Below are positions 37,291-48,087 of a DNA stretch of 64,000 bases, one piece after another (within the stretch, counting starts at the first letter, position 1; each line of letters opens with the position of its first letter). The translations under genes and the position numbers were made by a program. Under the pieces are notes generated by a model. That model had not been told where the DNA came from, searched no databases, and worked only from the letters and a program-made list of their open reading frames with translations. The stretch is from an uncultured delta proteobacterium (GTDB taxonomy: Bacteria > Desulfobacterota > Desulfobacteria > Desulfobacterales > UBA2156), in contig CAVTQK010000015.1 of the NCBI GenBank assembly GCA_963736855.1, positions 512,001 through 576,000 of the forward strand, given 5' to 3'.

Positions 37291-38241
37291 ATGGATTCAA
37301 AATCCGACCATCAGGAACCCAGTTGCAGAATCGATATGGAAACGCTTTCAAATTTCAGAAAAAAACTTCCAGACGTTGCGGAGCGGATCATCGAAAGCTG
37401 CAGCGACGATAAGTGTTACACCCACATCGATTACGACCCGATCCCGTCCAAGGAATCGGTGATTGAAATCATCGAACGCATGAAGGAAATTATTTTTCCG
37501 GGATATTTCAGCCGCAGCCGGCTTGACCCGGCCAACCTGAAATACAATATGGGACAGTCGGTGTCGATCCTCTTCGATGTCCTGTCCGAACAGATCACCC
37601 GGAGCGTCCGCCACGACTGCATCCGATATGATTTGGCATGCACCGAATGCGCGGAGCAAGGGCACCAGATCGCCCTCAGCATCCTGGAGGCTGTGCCTTT
37701 AATTCGGAAAACCCTGGCTATGGATGTACGCGCGACTTTCGAAGGTGACCCGGCGTCCAAGAGTGACGACGAAATCATCTTTAGTTATCCCGGTATATTT
37801 GCCACCATGGTTTACCGGATTGCCCACGTGTTGTTTCAATCCGGGGTTCCTCTGCTCCCCAGGATCATGTCGGAATACGCCCACGCCCAGACCGGCGTCG
37901 ACATTCACCCGGGCGCCCGAATCGGTGAGGAGTTCGTCATCGACCACGGCACGGGGGTCGTCATCGGCGAAACCACAGAGGTCGGAAACCGGGTCCGGAT
38001 CTACCAGGGCGTGACCTTGGGGGCTCTTTCCCTCCCCAAAGGCGCCGGGAATCGATTGCGCGGGAAAAAGCGACATCCCACCATAGAGGATGACGTGATC
38101 ATCTATTCTGGAGCCACCATTCTCGGGGGCGATACGGTGATCGGAGCGCGATCGGTGATCGGGGGAAATGTCTGGATCACCCGATCCGTCCCTCCGGATA
38201 CGAAAGTCCTGCTGGAAGAACCGAGGCTGATTTACAAATAG
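37291..38241 (+). CDS. cysE: Serine O-acetyltransferase
   Basis: [37 protein letters not shown]. Confidence 0.93.
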   Translation: MDSKSDHQEPSCRIDMETLSNFRKKLPDVAERIIESCSDDKCYTHIDYDPIPSKESVIEIIERMKEIIFPGYFSRSRLDPANLKYNMGQSVSILFDVLSEQITRSVRHDCIRYDLACTECAEQGHQIALSILEAVPLIRKTLAMDVRATFEGDPASKSDDEIIFSYPGIFATMVYRIAHVLFQSGVPLLPRIMSEYAHAQTGVDIHPGARIGEEFVIDHGTGVVIGETTEVGNRVRIYQGVTLGALSLPKGAGNRLRGKKRHPTIEDDVIIYSGATILGGDTVIGARSVIGGNVWITRSVPPDTKVLLEEPRLIYK

Positions 38242-38315
38242 AGATATTCGGCAGCTATTCTATTTGCAGCCGTCTTGTCATCGTCCAGAACCCGCGGAGA
38301 AAAAAGGAAGGGATC

Positions 38316-39242
38316 ATGAGGATATTGAATAGCATCACAAAGACCATCGGCTGCACACCGATGGTCCGGATCAATAAAATTGCCGAAGGGGTGGATGCGG
38401 AGATCATCGCCAAGCTGGAATTTTTCAACCCCTTGAGCAGCGTCAAGGATCGGATCGCCGTATCCATGATCGATGCCGCTGAAAAAAACGGCCTGATCAA
38501 ATCCGACACACTCATCGTGGAGCCTACCAGCGGAAATACCGGAATCGCCCTGGCTTTTGTGTGCGCTGCAAAGGGGTACCGGCTCTGTCTGACCATGCCT
38601 GAAACCATGAGTATCGAAAGAAGGAAGTTGCTCAAACACCTGGGTGCGGAACTGGTCCTCACACCGGGACCGCAGGGGATGAAAGGGGCCATCGAGAAGG
38701 CTCGGGAGATTACCACGTCCATGAAAGGATCCTACATGCCTGATCAATTCTCGAATCCGGCCAACCCCCGGGTTCACCGGGAAACCACGGCGGAAGAGAT
38801 CTGGCACGATACGGAAGGCACTGTGGACATCCTGGTCGCCGGTGTGGGCACCGGCGGGACCATTACCGGCATTGCTCAGGCGATCAAGCCCAGGAAACCT
38901 TCTTTCAAGGCCATCGCCGTGGAACCGGCGGACTCTCCGGTTTTATCCGGCGGAAAGCCCGGCCCCCACAAAATCCAGGGAATCGGTGCCGGGTTCGTCC
39001 CGGATGTCCTGGACCGCAGCATCATCGACGATGTGGTCACCGTCGCCGATGAAGATGCCTTTGCCACCGCCCGTCGACTGGCTGCGAAAGAGGGAATTCT
39101 CTGTGGCATCTCTTCAGGAGCCGCCATGTGGGCCGCACTCCAGGTGGCCCGGCGGCCGGAATCCGCCGGAAAACGGATCGTGGTCATCCTTGCCAGCACC
39201 GGCGAGCGATACCTTTCTACCGAATTGTTCAAAAACGCCTGA
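38316..39242 (+). CDS. cysK: Cysteine synthase A
   Basis: [36 protein letters not shown]. Confidence 0.95.
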   Translation: MRILNSITKTIGCTPMVRINKIAEGVDAEIIAKLEFFNPLSSVKDRIAVSMIDAAEKNGLIKSDTLIVEPTSGNTGIALAFVCAAKGYRLCLTMPETMSIERRKLLKHLGAELVLTPGPQGMKGAIEKAREITTSMKGSYMPDQFSNPANPRVHRETTAEEIWHDTEGTVDILVAGVGTGGTITGIAQAIKPRKPSFKAIAVEPADSPVLSGGKPGPHKIQGIGAGFVPDVLDRSIIDDVVTVADEDAFATARRLAAKEGILCGISSGAAMWAALQVARRPESAGKRIVVILASTGERYLSTELFKNA

Positions 39243-39255
39243 AAGCGCCCTACTC

Positions 39256-39298
39256 AAAACCCGGCATTCGGAAATTGAATGCCGGGTTTTTTGTTTTT
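39256..39298 (+). terminator. Rho-independent terminator after cysK
   Basis: AAAACCCGGCATTC-ggaaatt-GAATGCCGGGTTTT followed by a T-tract. Confidence 0.85.
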
Positions 39299-39378
39299 GT
39301 TTGTTTTTTCCTCATATTTCTTGTAACAAAAAACTGTAGATGAAACCTCTACATCCCTTTTTTACCGCGGTAAGGACC

Positions 39379-40758
39379 ATGGCGTTTCGAATCGAATCCG
39401 ACAGCATGGGAGAGGTGAGGATCCCTGAAAGCGCCTACTACGGGCCCCAGACCCAGCGGGCCCGGGACAATTTTCCCATAAGCGGTCGGACCTTTCCGCC
39501 GGCTTTGATTGGCGCAATCGCCCAGATCAAGGAACATGCTGCTGCGGTCAACCGCGATCTGGGGCTTCTGGATGGAAAGGTCGCCGCTGCTGTTATCCAG
39601 GCAGCAAGAGAAGTCCGCGAAAGACGATTCGATGACCAGTTTGTGGTGGACGTGTTCCAGACCGGTTCCGGGACTTCCACCAACATGAACATGAACGAAA
39701 TATTGGCCTCCCGTGCCAACGAAATTTTGACCGGAAGGAAAGGGGGGCGGTCGCCGGTTCATCCCAACGACCATGTGAACCTGGGACAATCCAGCAACGA
39801 CATCATTCCCTCGGCCATACACATCGCCGCCTCACTGTCGATCCGAAACGAGCTGATCCCCGCCCTTCATATTCTGCAAAACGCGCTCTCTTCGAAGGCC
39901 CAAGCCTTTGCGGGAATTTCGAAGATCGGCCGGACTCATCTCCAGGACGCCCTCCCGGTAACCCTGGGTCAGGAATTTTCCGCTTATGCACGCCAGGTGG
40001 AACTGGGTATCCGTCGTGTGGAGCGCACCCTCGATGGCCTTGATGAATTGGCCCTGGGGGGAACCGCCGTGGGGACCGGTGCCAATGCTCATCCGCGGTT
40101 CGCGGCAGAAATTATTTCCCGGATCGCGGCGGAAACCGGAGTTCCCTTTTATGAGGCCAAAAATCATTTCGAAGCGCAGGGGGCCCAGGATGCCGCAGTA
40201 GAGACCAGCGGGGCGCTGAAGACCCTGGCGGTTAGTCTCATGAAGATCGCCAACGACATTCGGTGGATGGCTTCCGGACCCCGATGCGGACTCAAGGAGA
40301 TCAACCTTCCTGCCTTACAACCCGGATCCTCAATTATGCCCGGAAAGATAAACCCGGTTATCTGCGAATCCGTCATTCAGGTAGCGATGCAGGTTGTGGG
40401 AAATGATACCGTTGTTACTCTGGGAGGAACCGGAGGCGTTCTGGAGCTGAACCTCTCCTTGCCGGTCATCGCCGACAACCTCCTGGGATCCATTTCCCTG
40501 TTGACCGCTGCCGCCCGGGTTTTTGCCGGAAAATGCATCGAAGGTATCACGGCCAACGCTGACATCTGCGAGGCCAACATCGAAAAGAGCTTGGCCTTGG
40601 CAACCCTCCTGATCCCGCACATCGGTTACGACCGGGCGGCCTCTCTGGCCAAACAGGCCCATGATTCCGGTAAAACCATCCGGGAAACGGTAAAAGAGGC
40701 CGGCATCTTGCCTGATGATGATCTGAACCGAATACTGAAATGGGATGGATCGACTTGA
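39379..40758 (+). CDS. fumC: Class II fumarate hydratase
   Basis: RIESDSMG, QTGSGTSTNMN, GQSSND, GRTHLQDA, GSSIMPGKIN. Confidence 0.93.
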   Translation: MAFRIESDSMGEVRIPESAYYGPQTQRARDNFPISGRTFPPALIGAIAQIKEHAAAVNRDLGLLDGKVAAAVIQAAREVRERRFDDQFVVDVFQTGSGTSTNMNMNEILASRANEILTGRKGGRSPVHPNDHVNLGQSSNDIIPSAIHIAASLSIRNELIPALHILQNALSSKAQAFAGISKIGRTHLQDALPVTLGQEFSAYARQVELGIRRVERTLDGLDELALGGTAVGTGANAHPRFAAEIISRIAAETGVPFYEAKNHFEAQGAQDAAVETSGALKTLAVSLMKIANDIRWMASGPRCGLKEINLPALQPGSSIMPGKINPVICESVIQVAMQVVGNDTVVTLGGTGGVLELNLSLPVIADNLLGSISLLTAAARVFAGKCIEGITANADICEANIEKSLALATLLIPHIGYDRAASLAKQAHDSGKTIRETVKEAGILPDDDLNRILKWDGST

Positions 40759-41696
40759 ATCCAGAAGCAATATCTACCAGACGCTGGAATTGGGGCCGCA
40801 TAAAGCTTTTTTTCGCCCTTTCCCGAACACCCCACAGTCTCATTGACATGGCTTCCCCGGCCCTGGCGGCGCTGTTGTCTTCGGGATCCTTTCCTCCCTT
40901 GGGGGTGATCCTTTTGGGTCTGTTCACCGCATTTGCCGGTTACACCGCTGTCTATGCTTTAAACGACCTGATCGACTACCGGAGCGACCGGGAAAAAGCG
41001 AAATCAGCGGGAGTTGCCCCCAAAACAAGCGATCTCGATGCTCTCATGGTCCGGCATCCCCTAGCCCAGGGCCTTTTAACTTTTAAAGAAGGTTTTTTGT
41101 GGACTTTTGCGTGGGGAACCGCGGCGCTGTTGGGCGCCTGGGTGTTGAATCCGGTGTGTCTTTTACTTTTTTTTGCCGCTTGTCTTTTAGAAATCTTTTA
41201 TTGCCTCTTGTGGCGTATTACTCCTTATCGCGCCATAATCAACGGGCTGGTTAAAACCGCCGGCCCTCTGGCGGCCGTCTTTGCTGTGAATTCCGACCCG
41301 TCGCTTCTTTTTCTGGTACTGGTTTTCCTGTTGATCTTTTTTTGGGAAATCGGCGGTCAGAACATCCCCAATGATTGGACCGACATAGAAGAAGATCGGC
41401 GCTTTAAGGCCAAGACCGTTCCGATCTATTTCGGTCCGGAGAGATCCAGCCACATGATTCTGGGTTCTCTCACCGCAGCCATTCTTTTGAGCATGCTCCT
41501 CTTTGTCGCTTGCCCGGCAGATTTTGTCCCGCTTTTCTATCTGATCATCGGCGTTTTGGGCGGGATTCTTTTGATATGGCCGGCAATGCGCCTTTCAAAA
41601 AACCTGCGGGATAAAGACGCCATGCTTCTCTTCAATCTTGCAAGCTATTATCCTTTTTCTCTCTTGATCGTTGCCGTAGTCAATCTGGTAATTTAA
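40740..41696 (+). CDS. UbiA-family prenyltransferase
   Basis: NDLIDYRSD and NDWTDIEED Asp-rich motifs; multiple TM. Confidence 0.85.
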   Translation: MGWIDLNPEAISTRRWNWGRIKLFFALSRTPHSLIDMASPALAALLSSGSFPPLGVILLGLFTAFAGYTAVYALNDLIDYRSDREKAKSAGVAPKTSDLDALMVRHPLAQGLLTFKEGFLWTFAWGTAALLGAWVLNPVCLLLFFAACLLEIFYCLLWRITPYRAIINGLVKTAGPLAAVFAVNSDPSLLFLVLVFLLIFFWEIGGQNIPNDWTDIEEDRRFKAKTVPIYFGPERSSHMILGSLTAAILLSMLLFVACPADFVPLFYLIIGVLGGILLIWPAMRLSKNLRDKDAMLLFNLASYYPFSLLIVAVVNLVI

Positions 41697-42279
41697 CGGC
41701 CACACCCAAGATTCCCAGAAAGCGGGACTCGAGGACGGATTCAAAAAAGAGGCCGGCATCCGCTAACGCCATTTTCAGGTCTTTGCCGTCGAAGCGGTTT
41801 TCAGTGGGATGAAGGAGAAGGCGGCGGGTGATCGCATTGAGGTATAAAGGCGGGTAAATCTCTTCGATATAGTATAGGCCACCGGGCTTGAGGACCCTTG
41901 CGATTTCTTCTACAGCAGATTGCCAGTGCGGGACATGATGTAAAAATCCGAACCCGAATATGACATCATAAACAGCGCTTTGAAAGGGGAGCCGGGTGCT
42001 GTCCCCGACGTAAAGGGATACTCGGGCGCGCTCTCCAGGAGTTAAGAATCCCTTAGCCTTTTGCACCATCAAATAGTCGAGGTCCAAAGCATCGATGCGA
42101 CAAGGATGCATCTTTTTCAGCAAGATCCGGGCGCCGGCACCCCGGCCGCATCCGATTTCCAGAAAGCGGAGATTCGGCCGGGGAAGTGCTGTATGCATAA
42201 ACCACAGCATTTCCATTTGCTGCATGGCCATCCGAAACGGATTGTTGACCACCAGACGTTCCGCCCAATTGAGTTTCAT
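41680..42279 (-). CDS. Class I SAM-dependent methyltransferase
   Basis: LEIGCGRG, LHHVPHW, RVLKPGG. Confidence 0.88.
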   Translation of the reverse strand: MKLNWAERLVVNNPFRMAMQQMEMLWFMHTALPRPNLRFLEIGCGRGAGARILLKKMHPCRIDALDLDYLMVQKAKGFLTPGERARVSLYVGDSTRLPFQSAVYDVIFGFGFLHHVPHWQSAVEEIARVLKPGGLYYIEEIYPPLYLNAITRRLLLHPTENRFDGKDLKMALADAGLFFESVLESRFLGILGVAVKLPD

Positions 42280-42298
42280 GCCGCCTCCCTCATCTGAA

Positions 42299-43090
42299 TC
42301 ATCCGGTTTTAGTTGCCCGGTGAATCACGGCGATCCCATTGGTCAGACGCCGGTATGAGATATCCGTAAAACCGATCGCCGTAAGCATTTCCGACAGTTC
42401 GTCGGGCAAAGGCCATGTCCGGATGGACTCGGGCAGGTGGGTATACGCCCTCCGGGATCCTGCAAAGAGCTGGCCCAGAAGCGGCATGATCTGAAACGAA
42501 TAAAAATCATAAAGTCCCCGGAACACTGTGGAGGTCGGCTTTGAAAATTCCAGGCACATCATTTTCCCGCCGGATTTAAGAATCCTGTAAATTTCTGAAA
42601 AACCGGCTTTGGGCCGGGTCAGGTTGCGGATCCCAAAACCGACCATGGCCGCATTGAATGTGTCATCGGGAAACGCCATGCATTCGGCGTCTCCCTGAAC
42701 GAAAGGCATGCGGGTAAATGCCCCGACAAGGTTTACCTTTTTCCGACCGGCATTCATCATCGGCCGGTTGATGTCATAAAGAATGATGAGTCCTCCAGAG
42801 CTGACGTGCTTTGCCGCGATAAGGGCCAGATCGCCGGTGCCTGCACAGACATCGATGACTCGGTCCCCCTTTTTAAGTCCCAGCATCCGGACCGCCAGAC
42901 GCTTCCATTGGTGATGGATACCGAAAGAAAGCAGCGTGTTCATGAAATCGTACTTATGAGCCACCGACTCAAAGTGCCGATAGACCCGTCGCGCTTTCTC
43001 GTTAAAAGAAACCGCCTGATATCCGAAGCGGGTGACAGGAATTATAGAAGGATCCGTCGTCTCCTTGCGCTGTTTTACGTTAAACCACAC
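42299..43090 (-). CDS. ubiE: UbiE/MenG quinone C-methyltransferase (start uncertain)
   Basis: YDFMNTLLSFGIH, DVCAGTGD, GFGIRN, LEFSKP, LPESI. Confidence 0.88.
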   Translation of the reverse strand: MWFNVKQRKETTDPSIIPVTRFGYQAVSFNEKARRVYRHFESVAHKYDFMNTLLSFGIHHQWKRLAVRMLGLKKGDRVIDVCAGTGDLALIAAKHVSSGGLIILYDINRPMMNAGRKKVNLVGAFTRMPFVQGDAECMAFPDDTFNAAMVGFGIRNLTRPKAGFSEIYRILKSGGKMMCLEFSKPTSTVFRGLYDFYSFQIMPLLGQLFAGSRRAYTHLPESIRTWPLPDELSEMLTAIGFTDISYRRLTNGIAVIHRATKTG

Positions 43091-43234
43091 GCATCTCTCT
43101 TTATTCCAGAAAACCGGGCATGGCAAGGTGAAATCGGTAAGCAGTTGATCGTACACCAGAACAGAAAATCGATAAATTCGGTTTGACAAAAGCCGCCTCA
43201 TCATATATCAAAATCTTTTAATGGAAGCTCAAAT

Positions 43235-43311
43235 GGGCCGTTAGCTCAACCAGGCAGAGCAACTGACTCTTAATCAGGAGGTTCCGAGTTCGATTCTCGG
43301 ACGGCCCACCA
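43235..43311 (+). tRNA. tRNA-Lys (CTT)
   Basis: GGGCCGTTAGCTCAA...CTGA-CTCTTAA-TCAG...GTTCGATTC...ACGGCCCACCA cloverleaf with encoded CCA. Confidence 0.95.
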
Positions 43312-43363
43312 GCCAAAAAGGCGGGATTTTAGAAAGGTTAGACCGGAGGTTTTTCCGTGCTGC

Positions 43364-44164
43364 CTAAAACTCCCTAAAGATGCCGAGGGAAAGGCCATAT
43401 TTATCATATCCTTCTTTTAACTTAAGGTAGCTGAGGTCTCCAAAGATGCCGTAGTCTTTGCCTATCCAGTGTCTATGTTTAAGGGAAGTGTATAGGGAGT
43501 TCTGCCTCACCTCTTCAGGACTTGCAAGGTAAGTAGCAAGGTAAGCCTGTTTTCCAAAGGAGAAGTCGAGGTATGTCCATTGCCAACCTTCCCTGCCATA
43601 TCCGGCGCTGATGAGCTGAGAGTAAGAGACGATGCTCCCGGGGTCGCTCTCATTTCTGAATAACCTGTACTTCCATATCCATCTATCGAGATAGAGCGTT
43701 ATCCCTGTTGATAGGATTATGTCTTTATGGACATCAAAATACCTTAAATAAGAAGCCCCCGCAGTCCATACAATATTTTTAATAGCACCAAACTTGATAT
43801 TAAAGTCATGATCTATCCTGATCTGTGGTAGATAGTCCGACCTTGTTCCTGCAGATAGGGCTGAGTACGTATATAACCTATCCCCCCAGTCTTTATATGC
43901 ACCGATGGTTCCGAGTAATGCCTCTCCCTCCTTCCTCGAGAATGCCCCGAGCTGAAGGAAGTAGGTGAGGTCTTCCCTGGGTTTGTCGTAAAAGCCGAGT
44001 GAGAGTGTATTCCACGAGCCGTAAACTCCATTTGGGGAAAGGTATTCGTAAGAAAAATTAGCCTCAAGACGATGTCTCTTCACAGATTCATCCTGCCCGA
44101 ACAAATCCTTCGGCGTAGAGATTACCAGAACAGAGAGGAACGCGAGTATAAGAGCCCTCTTCAC
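43364..44164 (-). CDS. YaiO-family outer-membrane beta-barrel
   Basis: Signal peptide; alternating aromatic beta-strands; terminal Phe; last gene of the glycan operon. Confidence 0.7.
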   Translation of the reverse strand: MKRALILAFLSVLVISTPKDLFGQDESVKRHRLEANFSYEYLSPNGVYGSWNTLSLGFYDKPREDLTYFLQLGAFSRKEGEALLGTIGAYKDWGDRLYTYSALSAGTRSDYLPQIRIDHDFNIKFGAIKNIVWTAGASYLRYFDVHKDIILSTGITLYLDRWIWKYRLFRNESDPGSIVSYSQLISAGYGREGWQWTYLDFSFGKQAYLATYLASPEEVRQNSLYTSLKHRHWIGKDYGIFGDLSYLKLKEGYDKYGLSLGIFREF

Positions 44165-45369
44165 GGCGTTCCTCCTAAACTAAAAGTATTCGGGATATTT
44201 AACACTTCCATGTACGATGACGGATACCATTTTATAAAGTCCTTGATATTGTCCAGCATGAGAAACTGGAGTATCTTCTCGGATGCCTTTCCATCCCCGA
44301 AGGGATTGCTTATCTTTGAAATGGCCCTGTAGATATCTTCGTCCTCGTAAAACTGTGAGAAGACCTCAGTGATTCTTTCTTTATCTTTACCAACAATAAA
44401 ACCGATGCCTGCATCGACAACCTCAGGTCTCTCGGTGGTATCCCTTAAGATCAGCACAGGCTTACCGAAGGTGGATGCCTCTTCCTGTATGCCTCCAGAA
44501 TCCGTCATCAGGACATGAGACCTTTTCATCAGATATATCATGGTCTGATAAGAAAGGGCCTCGGTAAACACTATATTTTCCTGTCTGTTCATTAATTCCT
44601 CAAGTACGATTTCCCTGACTTCAGGATTCTTATGGAGCGGCCACAGGAAAAGGACATCCTTATACCTCTCTGATAGAAAACGTATGGCTCTGCATATCTC
44701 TCTAAGAGGTGCCCCGATGTTTTCCCTCCTGTGAACTGTTATTAGTACAAGCCTCATAGTATTGAGTAACTTTTCGATTTTTTGGTCATAACCTGATAGC
44801 TCTTTAAGGATAGCATTTTCATTTACTAACCGCTGGGCAAGCAGAATTGCATCAACCACTGTATTGCCGGTAATTATTATCCTGTCTTTTCTTATGCCTT
44901 CTGACAAAAGGTTCTTATAAGCCCTTAAAGTCGGCACGAAATGAAAATCAACGAGCCTGCTTACAAGAACCCTCAGTGTCTCCTCTGGAAAGGGCGAGTA
45001 TTTATTGAAACTCCTCAATCCTGCTTCTACATGAAAGACAGGTTTTTTTAGCATAAATCCGACAAAGGCTGCAGCATAAGTTGTCAGTGTATCCCCCTGA
45101 ACGATTATCAGATCGGGGTCTTCACTATCGATCGCTATCCTCATCTCCTTCTGGATACATTCATGCAGTTTTTCGAGGTCAGGCTTCTCTGTCATACATC
45201 CAAAGCTGTAGTCAGGTATTAATCGAAAAAAGTCAGTGACCTGGTGCACCATATCAAGATGCTGCCCTGTGGAGATTATCCTTACATCAAACCTCTCCCT
45301 GAGACTGTAAATCACTGGCGCAAGCTTTATAGCCTCGGGCCTTGTTCCAAAAACAATGAATACCTTCAT
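44161..45369 (-). CDS. wecB: UDP-N-acetylglucosamine 2-epimerase (non-hydrolysing)
   Basis: FGTRPEAIKLAP, STGQH, QGDT, HVEAGLRS, TVHRREN, TDSGGIQEE, TERPE, NPFGDG. Confidence 0.95.
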   Translation of the reverse strand: MKVFIVFGTRPEAIKLAPVIYSLRERFDVRIISTGQHLDMVHQVTDFFRLIPDYSFGCMTEKPDLEKLHECIQKEMRIAIDSEDPDLIIVQGDTLTTYAAAFVGFMLKKPVFHVEAGLRSFNKYSPFPEETLRVLVSRLVDFHFVPTLRAYKNLLSEGIRKDRIIITGNTVVDAILLAQRLVNENAILKELSGYDQKIEKLLNTMRLVLITVHRRENIGAPLREICRAIRFLSERYKDVLFLWPLHKNPEVREIVLEELMNRQENIVFTEALSYQTMIYLMKRSHVLMTDSGGIQEEASTFGKPVLILRDTTERPEVVDAGIGFIVGKDKERITEVFSQFYEDEDIYRAISKISNPFGDGKASEKILQFLMLDNIKDFIKWYPSSYMEVLNIPNTFSLGGTP

Positions 45370-46283
45370 TTGCCGATCGCCCCATTTTCTAGAAGTTCAA
45401 ATATCAATTTTTGCTCTAAAGAAAATAGATCTGGTTTATCTGCATATCTTTTTATGAATTTCTTCCCGAGTTTTTCTTTTAATTGCGGCATCTCTTCAAG
45501 AATACCGTAGAGTAAGGGAAAGACCTGGGAAAATGCATCAGGATAAAGTCTATTCCAATCCGGTATAAATACCTCATCATTCCCTATCGCCCAGTAAAAA
45601 TCTCCCCTCCTCTTATCGTAAAGAGAAAATAGTATTCCTTTCTTTATGGCATTTTCAAGTTCAATATAGTATTTATTCTCACTCCACCCCATTTCTCTGG
45701 ACAATCTATTGTATGACCTTATCCCTCCGTAGGCCTCACAGTTATCCATCAGGTACTTTAACTTACCGTTAGGCAGGGCCATAATAAGCCCGTCTTCGTC
45801 CTGTAAATATGCTATAAGATATGCGATATCTTCGAGTTTTTCTCTGTTTTCCTGTATTATCCTTGCATCCCTTGTCTTTATGTAATAGTCATACACCATA
45901 ACAAGGAATATCCCTGCATAACCATCAACAGAGTCATAAATGAGTGTAGATTCCTCCTGCCCGGTTTTACAGTTTATTGTATAGTCGTAGATTGTACCCG
46001 TAAGTCCTGACCTGTCGGGATAATTGGTGTGTTCGAGATACCATAGAATATAATCCTTGATTATCCTGGGGTCAGCCCCTTTATGAAGCATATATATCGC
46101 CTTTATATTCAGGATATAAGGATTAATATAGTTGCTGTCTTTTTCAATCGGGATGAACTGCCGTGAGATATTTAACGCAGGATGTTCCGCACAAACAAAA
46201 GCAGGGTATTCCGCACGGAAGCCATTAAAAGCACATGAGACCGTGCATATATTAGAGAGCATCAAAATAAATAGTCTTTTCAT
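45366..46283 (-). CDS. Exported (alpha/alpha)-barrel glycoside hydrolase-like protein
   Basis: Signal/lipobox-like TVSC; DSVDGYAG, LQDEDGL, YLMDNCEAYGG; aromatic-rich helices. Confidence 0.5.
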   Translation of the reverse strand: MKRLFILMLSNICTVSCAFNGFRAEYPAFVCAEHPALNISRQFIPIEKDSNYINPYILNIKAIYMLHKGADPRIIKDYILWYLEHTNYPDRSGLTGTIYDYTINCKTGQEESTLIYDSVDGYAGIFLVMVYDYYIKTRDARIIQENREKLEDIAYLIAYLQDEDGLIMALPNGKLKYLMDNCEAYGGIRSYNRLSREMGWSENKYYIELENAIKKGILFSLYDKRRGDFYWAIGNDEVFIPDWNRLYPDAFSQVFPLLYGILEEMPQLKEKLGKKFIKRYADKPDLFSLEQKLIFELLENGAIGK

Positions 46284-48087
46284 CTGTCTTATCTGTGAAT
46301 GTCAGATAATAATAGTCTCCGTCCTGCTGGAGCATGAGATTTTCCTTATCGTGGATCCGGTATCTATCTCTTGGTATTGCAAGTGTTAATCCATCCAGTC
46401 CTTCTTGATTTTTCATTGATACAACCAATTTTTTATCATCAATTCTGAAATTATACCTTGTCTTTAAGAATTTAAGCCAAAACTTGGCAAAATGGCTCAT
46501 GGGTCTTATCTCGAGTTTATCCTCTTTCTGCAAGTCCTCTGAATAACTTAGAAAGGATTTTAGTGCAGAGGGATAGTTGAATATGTCGTAGGGATGGGAA
46601 TATATAAGCCTTACGGTCCTGTTTCTGACAGCATAATCTACAGTTTCGATAAGCCATTCTTTTACTTTGTCCTCGGGTATAGCAGCGCTCTTCATCTCAT
46701 GGAATGAGGCTGAACGCATAAGGGGCATTATCGGAAAGGCAATGACCTTTTCAGAAACCATCTTTCCGTTTATGAAGGTTCTATTCGGTGATGAGCCTGT
46801 ATCTCCTGTATAGTAGTACGCCAGAAAACCGAGCTTTTTCAGGACATTGGTGGTTATTGGTTGTGGATGGGCTCCATTGGGTGCTGCATACTCAGTGATT
46901 TTATATCCTGTTATACTCTCAAGGCACTCGTTATTTTTCTTTATGTATTCGTATATCTCTCTTTTCGAAAATTTGCCATTTTCGATATTTTCCGAAAACC
47001 AGTTATGTGCCCAGCCGCCGTGAGAACCTATTACTCCATAACTCAGCAAAGTCTGAACAAAGAATTTGCCCTTGCCGCAGGCATCGAAACCGAGATTATC
47101 CCCTAATTTGTCCCTGAAATTCCCGGCTGTTATGTGAAAGGAGTATTTAATATCTTTTCTCAGGTATCCATCCTCCAACATAAGGTGAATGCTCTCCCAA
47201 TCAATACTTGAATCAATATGCCAGTTTATTACTATACCGCCTTTCCCATTATTGGTATTCAGTAGATGCGGTATCTTTATAACCTTGAACAGAAAAGTCC
47301 TTATTATAGCCCGCAGGGGAAGGTCGTCTGAATGGGCCTTCAAATGACCGAGAGGGAGATTAACATAAAGTATTTTACCGGTACCGTAGTCTCGTATCAC
47401 CACTGCAGGATATGTCTCTCCTTTTTGTGTAACTGCATTGGCGTAAATATTGTCTTTACTAAAAGCCTCTTTGAATTCGGTTCTCGCTATAGGATACTCA
47501 AGCTTCCCATAAGCATAACCTCCGAGGAGAAGACCCATCTCACTCTTTCCAGAGGGTATCTGTAAAAAGTCCATGGCGCTTTTATCATCGATTTTTATAT
47601 AACCGAGCGTAAATGCATTTTCATGGAGCCTGCTATAGGTTATGTAATTTATCCCGATCATATCAGAAAACAGTGATTCATCGAAAAATGCTCCTTTTCT
47701 GTTTTTTATGCCAGCATCATATATAACGGCTATGCTACCACCCATGAGGAGATAATCCTTTATCCATGACTTTAATACCACTGGCAGTATCTGGGCTACA
47801 CCATCAGGAAATATTATGACGGGCTTGCTCTTCACTATATCCTCAGCCTTTAAAGAGAGGAGATGATTGACATTTATCTCATCGTGAGGCGCACCCTCTT
47901 CATCGAGAACGCTTTTATATGCCTGAAGGACATAAGAGTAATCAATCATAAGGGCCGGATTATAGACCAAAAGCACACCAAGTTTCTGTGACCTCGATAT
48001 CCTCGAGGTCTTATAGACAATGTTAATGCTGTAGATCGAAAAGATTAAGATGGCTACGATTATGACAATGATAAAAAATCTCTTCAT
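46252..48087 (-). CDS. Membrane-anchored polysaccharide deacetylase (CE4-like) with N-terminal GATase-like domain
   Basis: N-terminal TM; WHIDSSID, IGSHGGWAH, YAAPNG, IYSHP motifs. Confidence 0.7.
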   Translation of the reverse strand: MKRFFIIVIIVAILIFSIYSINIVYKTSRISRSQKLGVLLVYNPALMIDYSYVLQAYKSVLDEEGAPHDEINVNHLLSLKAEDIVKSKPVIIFPDGVAQILPVVLKSWIKDYLLMGGSIAVIYDAGIKNRKGAFFDESLFSDMIGINYITYSRLHENAFTLGYIKIDDKSAMDFLQIPSGKSEMGLLLGGYAYGKLEYPIARTEFKEAFSKDNIYANAVTQKGETYPAVVIRDYGTGKILYVNLPLGHLKAHSDDLPLRAIIRTFLFKVIKIPHLLNTNNGKGGIVINWHIDSSIDWESIHLMLEDGYLRKDIKYSFHITAGNFRDKLGDNLGFDACGKGKFFVQTLLSYGVIGSHGGWAHNWFSENIENGKFSKREIYEYIKKNNECLESITGYKITEYAAPNGAHPQPITTNVLKKLGFLAYYYTGDTGSSPNRTFINGKMVSEKVIAFPIMPLMRSASFHEMKSAAIPEDKVKEWLIETVDYAVRNRTVRLIYSHPYDIFNYPSALKSFLSYSEDLQKEDKLEIRPMSHFAKFWLKFLKTRYNFRIDDKKLVVSMKNQEGLDGLTLAIPRDRYRIHDKENLMLQQDGDYYYLTFTDKTDEKTIYFDAL